From: Pseudovirgaria hyperparasitica
Taxonomy: Eukaryota
DNA: 64,000 nt
Assembly (NCBI GenBank): GCA_010093815.1
Contig: ML996582.1
Reading direction: 5' to 3' (one strand)
Numbering within the stretch: the first letter of the stretch is position 1; every line of letters starts with the position of its first letter. A program made the translations under genes and the position numbers. Positions 56,032-64,000 of the stretch are shown here, piece after piece. The notes under the pieces were generated by a model. That model made no database searches. It was not told the origin of the DNA and was given only the letters and a program-made list of their open reading frames with translations.

Positions 56032-57158
56032 TCATATCTTCGATGTCTTCTGCTTGTGGCTGTTCTGTGCTCGCTGCCTCTGCGCCATTTTCAAGAGCGC
56101 ATACAAGCTCTGCATCCGTGCCATCTCCACATTATGCCTGCGCGCGACTTTCAAAGGATTGCCCAGAATCACTTCCAGCTCCATGGGCCTTCCAGCCTCC
56201 CAGTCGAGCAGCATACTGGGCTTGCCGCCTTTATTACGCTCGGTGCTCTTCAGTATGAGCTCTGGCTTGGCCAGAGACTCGGGAAACTCACGCCCAAGTA
56301 TCGCAGGAGCTGCTCTGAAGATTTCATCCATGACGCCCTTCAAATGCTCCCGGAGCTCTGGGTCCATGACCATATCTGCGTTGCCAACTCCTCCCGACAA
56401 CACAGCCGAAGGGTTCATGGCCGCGTTGATGCAGATTTTATGCCATCGGACCTGCTGTAGTTTGATCTCGTCATAGGCTTCTGCATCTCTCAGCTTTCCT
56501 ATTCTTGTCAACAGCTCCACCAAGTGCTCTACGTTCTCCGTGCCTCTGCGCACAAGCTCCACGCTCTCGTGTGTCCTCCCACCCAGGCCGTCCGAGTATG
56601 GTCCCATGCTAATCCGAGTCCATTTGTTCTGTTTGATCAGGCCATGCTCAATCTGCTCTACACTCGCTATCGTGACAGCGCTGACAATTGGATTTGCGGG
56701 AAACCTGCTCCTGTGTGCCTCCTCGACCCCAACACCGTTTTGGATAAGCACTATACAAGTCTTGCCGTCTGCACTTTTTCGCACTAGGGGCTCTATATCC
56801 TTTGAATCATCTGTGACTTCTGGGAGAGCTTTCGTTGTCACGACGACATAGTCCCAGCCGTTCGCAGGGGCTTTGGGCGACTCGGCGGCAGCTAATATTG
56901 ATGAGTAGACTTCGTGTGGACTGAAGTGGTAGTCGCCAAAGGAGCGAGTTCGCAGACTGACGCCAGATTTTGCGATAGTAGGGTAGTTCGAGCGACAGAC
57001 CAACGATACGTAGACCTTGGAGGCAGGCTGTATGAAGTTGTTAGCAATGCGACCGGATGTTTATAGGGTGGAATACGAACGTCATGCAGTCTGCTGGCAT
57101 AGAAGCAACCAATCGCGCCAGCGCCAACGAACAGGATATTGCAAGCGCCTCCGGACAT
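56032..57158 (-). CDS. Ketopantoate (2-dehydropantoate) reductase family, ApbA/PanE; 1 intron near 57081-57028
   Basis: VGAGAIGCFY Rossmann motif, TTKALP, LIQNGVG, RWHKICINAAMNP, PSMLLDWEAGRPMELEVILG. Confidence 0.93.
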
Positions 57159-57405
57159 AACACTTGCGACTTTTGAGCTTGGGGAGTGGTTTACGAAAGA
57201 CTAAAGACTGCCAGTGAGGCATTCATGTTGACTATCGCGCCCACCACGTACCGAGGCTTACATGCTCGAGCTCGCCCCAAGATCCTCCAGCACCCGCCAA
57301 AACTAGTCTCGAAGTAGGCTGGTCTGGGGACAACAGCTCTTTCGAAGCTTTTTATATACCACAATTATTTCTACGTTCGCAAACAACCCTCACCAGCACG
57401 ATACC

Positions 57406-58349
57406 ATGGCTCTCCAGACAATCCTAACCAAGCCCACCGTCGAGACCTACCTGTCACTGGCCGAGCATCAAGGCCAAACCCCTGGCACATTTTATGGGGG
57501 GAAGCCCGTCCTCTACCACCACTGCGCTGGAGCCGATATCCTCATCGCACACGACGAGCTCGAGTCCCACCCTGCAATCGTGAGTCTTGCCAAAGCCATT
57601 TCAAATGGTGCAGCTGCACACGGTGAGGCCGGGTCGGCGAAAGCAATAATTAGCGGTGTGGACGTCTGGGTCAATTCAGAGTATGTTATGACATATCACA
57701 GAGACCCATCTCAAGCCCCAAAGACTAACAAGCACACATCAGGAATCTCGCGCTCTTCTCTAATTCTTCAAAAAGTGGCGTGTCTATCCCGTACCCGGCC
57801 GTCGCTCTCCACGCCTTGCAGATTATCTCCGACAGCGCCACCCCAGATTCCGCAAGAGAAGCTCTACTCATGCACATCAGCCTAAATGACACCAGCATGG
57901 CCAATGCCGACGAAGACTACCAAATGCTCGAAATCAGTATCGTCCCGGCAGCCCCCTCCGACGACGTGTCTGCCGCAGCACCCGAAGCCCCCGCTCTCGA
58001 CGCGCCGAGTACATCTGCGCGAGGAGGCAGCAACTCGCGCACGCCCGCACGCATCCTCTTCAACGCAGTCTCAGCCTGTGCTGATCTGCACCCCGACCCA
58101 CAATCAGATGATGACGAAGAGGGAGAAGAGGAAGACACAGCCCCTGGGGCAAGCGGATGGATCACAGCCGAAAATGCTGACCAGTACTTCGATGAAGACG
58201 GACAATTCGTGGGCCAACAGATTCTCGGTCCCGGTGCCGGAACAGTTCGAGCAAGAGACGAGGATGGTCGAGATGCAGACGAGGCGGAAGTGCAAGATGG
58301 CGGTGAGGCATTCGCGGACGTCGATGCGAAATGGAGGAGGACAGACTGA
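57406..58349 (+). CDS. LOT5: ICln/Lot5 (Voldacs) family protein; intron 57681-57742
   Basis: EHQGQTPGTFYGGKPVLY, SIPYPAVALHA, LFNAVSACADLHPDP, GWITAEN, GPGAGTVR. Confidence 0.88.
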
Positions 58350-59057
58350 ACAGTACGAGTGGATTCATCTGTCTCCGGTGCATCATATTCCCGTAACAGA
58401 GGCCGAGTACCTACCACGAGCGATGCCATGCAACAGCAGTCCGTTCCACCCTGCCGTTTTCCGTATTTTGTTCACGGAGCTCGGCGGGAGTAGTAGAGAC
58501 CACATGCACGACCGGCAGTACATCTGCAACTACCACCAAACGCAACATCGATCAAACCGACTTTGCGCAACGCGATGCATGTACTGTAGATGACGTACAC
58601 ACGTGGATCTATTTACACTCTACCTAGGCACCACGAGGATAATTAGTTTCACTAACTACGAATAGCTAGTTGAGTATTACTGAATGAGGGGTCTACCCTA
58701 AACAACCCCGCGCGGCACAGTTCAAGGTTCAAGGGGTCTCCGCAATACACGTTCTTGTATACTGATATCTAATATGCACGTCAAGGAACATCTTAAATTC
58801 CAATCGAGATCCGTCTCCTCCACAACATTGCTTGAACTCTATAATCCGTGCCCCAACACGAAAGCGTAACATATCGTAACCGGAGGATTATACCCACACA
58901 ATAAATTTAAATAACCCTCCCTCCCCAACATTCATTGCTCTTGTTTTGAATCTCACATTCCAACCTCGACAACTGGTGTATAATATTATCTCTCTATTGC
59001 CTCGTTTCTTATTTTATTTCCTCGCAATCGCTCGTCTCACGACCCTGTATATCTACT

Positions 59058-60600
59058 ATGGGTCTGCGCGAGTACACATACACGGCATGGCCTGTCAAGA
59101 TCATCAACAAGACAAGTGCCAGAATCACATTCGACCGCGCTGAGGGATCAGACTGGCAGGCGAATGGTCGAGACATAGACGCCAACTGCGACAGCGGCGA
59201 TGCATTTGTCTTCAAAGCTCCGAACAAAATATTGCAGAGACGCTGGGGTACGACGGCATCCCTCATACAACACATCCTTCTCTGAGCTAACAAATATGCC
59301 CCCTCAACAGGTTGGCTCGCATTCACATATCGCCCCAACGACAGCCGCAACGTAGTCGAGTTCCGCACCTATTGCTACTTTAAAGCCGACGACACAGTCA
59401 CAGAGAGCGGCGCCTGCATCGCGCCTCACAGTGCCTTCGCGGACGACAACCCACTGCCTGCCCGCTCTTGCGGCCGCACAAGCACCATCGACGGGCCCGC
59501 TTCGCACGAGCTGTGCTTCGAGTTTACTGACAGCGACTTCCAGGCGCATGTGTTTGCGGGGCCAAACTGGATGGGGTCGTTCTGCGACGCGCACCCGGAC
59601 GCAGCCCGCTGGTCGGTAGCGAAATGGCATCTACCCGGCTCCCACGACACGGCGACATATGGAAAAGGCACGTTCCCGACGAATGCGTTCCGGTGGAACT
59701 GGAACTGTCAGGCGAAGAATGTGCATGAGCAGTTGCTTGCCGGGGCGCGCTTCTTGGACCTGCGGTTTGGCATTGAGAGTGATGGACATTGGTGGCCGTG
59801 CCATGGCATTGCGTACAAGACGGGCGATAGACTGGAGCTGAGCAATGGTGTCAACGAGCAGGCGCCGTCAATCTTAGGCCAGATTTTGCAATTTACAGCC
59901 ACAAGCACGATGGAGATTGTGATTATAAATTTTGCGGTCAATTCCGATCGTCAGAACGATACGTTCTGGCAGCCTGTTCTGGAGGCGTTCAAGGATATCG
60001 CGTTTCCTGTGCCGGGCGATTGGCCGACGTGTGAAGCGGCACGAAATAGCGGGAAGAAGCTAATCATATTTGGCGGGCAAGATCCTGAAAAGGTTTTTGG
60101 TGAAGGAGACCCAATGCGAGATTTGTACTCGAGATTGGTATGGCGGACGCGTGCACCGCTTTGGCTTGGATCGCCGTATACTGATCCTGACTGGCAAACG
60201 ACTGGTAAGCTTCAGAGGTCACACGAGAAGTCAAACTGACGATCATCTCGATCCCAACAAACCGATCACCTACACAGAAAACTGGATGAATGGGAACAAT
60301 GCAACACTCGAGAGAGCTGGGGTGTGGAATGCGCAGTGCCAACTGACACCCCCTGGGCTACCACCACCACCTCCCGATCCGGCCGGCTCACCTTCTCGGC
60401 TTGCTGCTATTGTAGGAGTCCTTTGAGTCTCCAATGTGATATACGAGTACCGCTAACATGTTCTGCAGATGAATCCCTGGATCAAGAACAATCTTTTGAC
60501 GAGACCAGCCTGGATAGATAGGGCGAACATCATGATGGTGGATTTCGTTGCTGAAGATATCATGCTCCCAATCGCGAGCATCAATTTCAAAAAGGTCTGA
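59058..60600 (+). CDS. PI-PLC X-domain (PLC-like phosphodiesterase) protein with about 150-aa N-terminal extension; introns about 59248-59310, 60205-60277, 60412-60468
   Basis: NWMG..LPGSHDT, CQAKNVHEQLLAGARFLDLR, WPCHG, EIVII, spliced C-terminus ANIMMVDFV. Confidence 0.85.
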
Positions 60601-62339
60601 GAACTTGTTCCAGCAAGCCTTGTCGTGGCGAGGCCTCGACATTAAATAATAGGGACTTTGACCGCACCATGAAAGAACGAAGTGTGGATTTCGACAGGAT
60701 GTTTTGAGAGCACCTAACTTTCGCTAACATAGAGAAGAATCGTTGGCTCATTCTCAGTCCTCCATGTTTTCCCTTGCAACTAGATCCTTGAGGTAGCCTC
60801 AAACGCTCTTTCGCTGCGCATTCTCCTTGCAATCTCCATGCCTGAAAACTACTAGGTATACGGTCAGCTAGACCGTACGCCACACAAGCATATATCCCCC
60901 TGCCCTAAGTACGCACAGACCGTGCCATGGTGACACTCTCGCTGTTATACACACCGAACTCGGCCGACATTTCCTAGAAGTCTTGCATGTCATTCTGCCA
61001 TTGAGATTCATTACTGTTCGTGGTTCGACAGCATATATGCTCAATCGATGCCATTTAGCTCCCGAGACTTCCATCAGTCTGTACAGTCCTGATGCATAAA
61101 TTACAGTTCAATCACGCGTGCTAGTTCTCGGTCCTGGTCAGAGTCCAGTATGGAGTAGAACAGTATTCCTTTGGGTTGGTGGCTTGTCGTACCTGCAGAC
61201 TATACAAGGTGCACAGCCGTGAATTTGAGGTCTCAAAAGGAGGGAATATGACGCAATGGAAAGCTCCTGCTCGCCAAATGGGTTGGAAAACATCGAAGAG
61301 AACTTTCCCATCTCATGACTCTATCCCTTGTGTGCCAGGACCTTGGACAGGGTGCTGTGGAATTTCTGGAAAGACCTGGGTCCAAAATTGGGTCTTAACC
61401 GTCCATACTTACACTTCCGTGCGCTACACTCGTCGCCGCGAGGGTGACGGACAGGGGTTGGCTATTGCGGCTATGTGAGTAATTCTACTCGTCGTCGCTT
61501 GTCACCGATGCAGTAAGTGGTGTGTTTAATATTTTTGACAGGGCATATATATATCCCTGCTACGCTACCCCGCTAGTTCAGCTCAGAGCCTCGATGGGCG
61601 TGGTGTGCGGTAGCCCGTAATGTTGTTTTGGGAGTGACAAATTGTGTAAAATGATGGAGTATAGCACCAACGGATCCATGAAGAAGAGCCAGGACGTCGA
61701 TGGCCTTAGCGCAGAAAGTGCGAAACTGGAGGGATGCAGATGCGACGCCATTACTACGTCGAGCCACAAACTTACCGTCTCCATGGTTGAAGGGAGGACA
61801 GAATCCTGGCTTGTGTTAGCCATGTACACTTGCTGTGCCCCATCAGATGCTAGGACAGATTCTCGAAAGGAGATACTCTTCCTTCCTCTAAACGCATCCA
61901 TTGCAAGACGGTTGAACAAAGTAAGCCTTTTGTGACACACGAATGTTATCGAGCTGGTGTGACAAGCATTTGGCGAAGAAGGGATTCGAGGAAACAACGA
62001 GCGCGTCGTTTCCAAGGCGGCAAACCCGAGTCAAAGTGCATCTATGCGAGTCAGTGGCGTCGCGCTTGGGATGGGAAACGTGGGAAACGATGTCTAGATA
62101 GGAAAAGACAATCTGCATGTCATTGTTAGCGCTCATTGGACTTCGATGGGTGGAATAATAGTACTTGCTAACATAGCAATAACAGAGCGATCTTATTACA
62201 TGGCCGTGGGTCTAGGTCCACAACGCCATGGCGAGTAGGTCTGCGGGAATTCATGTGTCAGACATCAGATGAATCCTAATCCGTGGCCTCTGGTGGTAGA
62301 GGCCGTTCTACACGGCTCAAGAACCGGGCCTGCCGATAG

Positions 62340-62870
62340 TAAGGTGTATACTTATGGTTAGCTCCGCTTATATGATAGTATATCTCGAATAGTAATAGCT
62401 CAAGTATAATAGTATTTATTCTTTATATAGTATATTTATATTTATTAAAAAAATCTTATATCTAATAGATTATCTATGTTTAGTAATTCTATTTATTACT
62501 ATTTTTTATATATTACTACTATAAATAGAATAGAATATTAAAAAGTATAAAAGAAAGTATCTCTTAAATACTATTATTTATAATAATTAGTATTATAGTA
62601 AATATATATAAAATAGTTACTCTAGATATTATATAAATATAAACTCTATTATCTATAGATATTCTTAAATTATAAATAACTCTATTTTATAAGTATTATA
62701 AGTAGCTTATTTATATTCTAATTCTACTAGTATAGTTAACTAATATACTTTTATAACTAGAATTAATATAGATATCTCTAGAATTATAGAAAGATACTAA
62801 GCTAATTAATATCTAATACTTAGCTTATATAACTACTCTTTATTATGTAAAATTCCTATGATAAAAATAG
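62340..62870. mobile_element. Very AT-rich, RIP-degraded repeat / transposon relic
   Basis: Abrupt shift to AT-rich sequence, abundant TpA and almost no CpA/TpG; no ORF; family not identifiable. Confidence 0.7.
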
Positions 62871-64000
62871 CTTTGACTTCTCCTTGTTCTAACCAGAGCG
62901 AGCCTACTGTATTTAAGGGAACTGATCCGAGTGAATACGACAGGGTTCTGAATCCGGAAGAGGCTGGGGGCTCATGGAAAAACACTGTCAAAGCGTGGGT
63001 AAATATAACTAACGAACAAGCGCAGATGGAGTTGAAGTAGTATGTATGTACCTAGGAACAAGGGAGGGAGACGTCAATGGCGCGCGGGAGCATAAGTGGA
63101 CTGGGACCTGCCTTCCCGGATCTGCCAAGCTATTTCCGGCTTGCGTTCCTTCCCTGACCATTGGCTTAGACAGACGCCCTCTGCTCCGGAGCACACTGCC
63201 ATCTGCAGCCTGTCTTATCCTGTCTTGTCCGCCGACTCACCCCCGCTCCTTGTTTTATTTGCTCTTACGAACAGAGTACTTGCAACTCATGCAGTCAGTG
63301 TACAAGCTTTACTGGTCTCGTTCCTACAGGCTACCTGTCGTAGGGCTCTTCTGGGCACCGTGTCGTCGGGCCGAAGGAGGGGGGGGGAGGGGGGCTAATA
63401 AGCTTTCAGAATCCACTGGACCCGCAGAAATATGCATGTACAGGTGTGAGCGGAGATGTTGATGCTGATATGTATCAGCTTTGTATATGAGTACGAGTGT
63501 CGACACCTTCTTCCATGGCTGGTCATGTTTCAGCAGTCTGTGTGTTCTCAGGGCTATTAGTCTCTTGGAGACACCAGGGCGATCGTAGCGCTACTTGTTG
63601 ATTTCGAGGCAGCGAGTCATCCTGGCTAGGCCCGAGCCGGCCGGTTTGCGTGCTCCAAACCGTACTAAAACGGCATCAGAATAGCGTCTTGGTGGTCCAA
63701 CCATAGATCTGTACTGCCCGACGGGGAAGGTTGTCCACCCGCGTAGTCGGCCGTCCCCTGCTCAGCGCACTTGTGCGTGTCTCATGCGGCAGTTGAAGGA
63801 TCCAAGTAGTTGAAGGAAAAGCTGGTGATACATTTACACCATCCCGACTGTCTGGTCAGCCCTGGGCTTTCTTTCGAGGTCCAGGGGAGGTGAGCAAGCC
63901 CAGGCTTCGTACATATTTGTGCGGACTTGCTGTCTCTCTTGTTTAAAATTATTGCTCTTCGACAGTCCATCTCCTACTCAATCTTTCTGTCATCACTCAT

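Noticed and set aside
57886..58593. 235-aa alternative-frame ORF
   Set aside because: Overlaps LOT5 exon 2 in another frame and has no recognisable motifs
44257..60600. Secondary-metabolite gene cluster
   Set aside because: No PKS, NRPS, terpene synthase or pathway regulator; the genes are primary-metabolism or housekeeping types

Overview
Eukaryotic DNA from a filamentous ascomycete (Pezizomycotina-type short GT-AG introns with CTRAC branch points, RIP-like AT-rich relics). About 17 intron-containing genes and a few single-exon ORFs were reconstructed by hand: a PDR/ABCG transporter, eIF4A-III/FAL1, UBP15/USP7, a mitochondrial PDK/BCKDK-family kinase, a TRK K+ transporter, CFIm25, dephospho-CoA kinase, a secreted Ser/Thr-rich Cys-domain protein, GPI18, VPS54, LYS4, acetoacetyl-CoA synthetase, a MYND/MSS51-like protein, a histidine acid phosphatase, a ketopantoate reductase, ICln/LOT5, a PI-PLC X-domain protein and orphans. 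An 11 kb gene-poor region rich in simple repeats and decayed ORFs lies upstream of the ABC transporter. The most unusual signals are: two co-oriented, non-canonical tRNA-like Pol III units with identical 95-nt A-box to B-box spacing (49.8 and 50.9 kb); about 7 of about 45 introns apparently ending in AAG, plus one GC-AG intron; three CoA-related enzymes ending in PTS1-like tripeptides; and a repeated 19-bp CGG-N13-CCG motif upstream of the efflux pump. All calls come from reading the sequence; no database searches were run.
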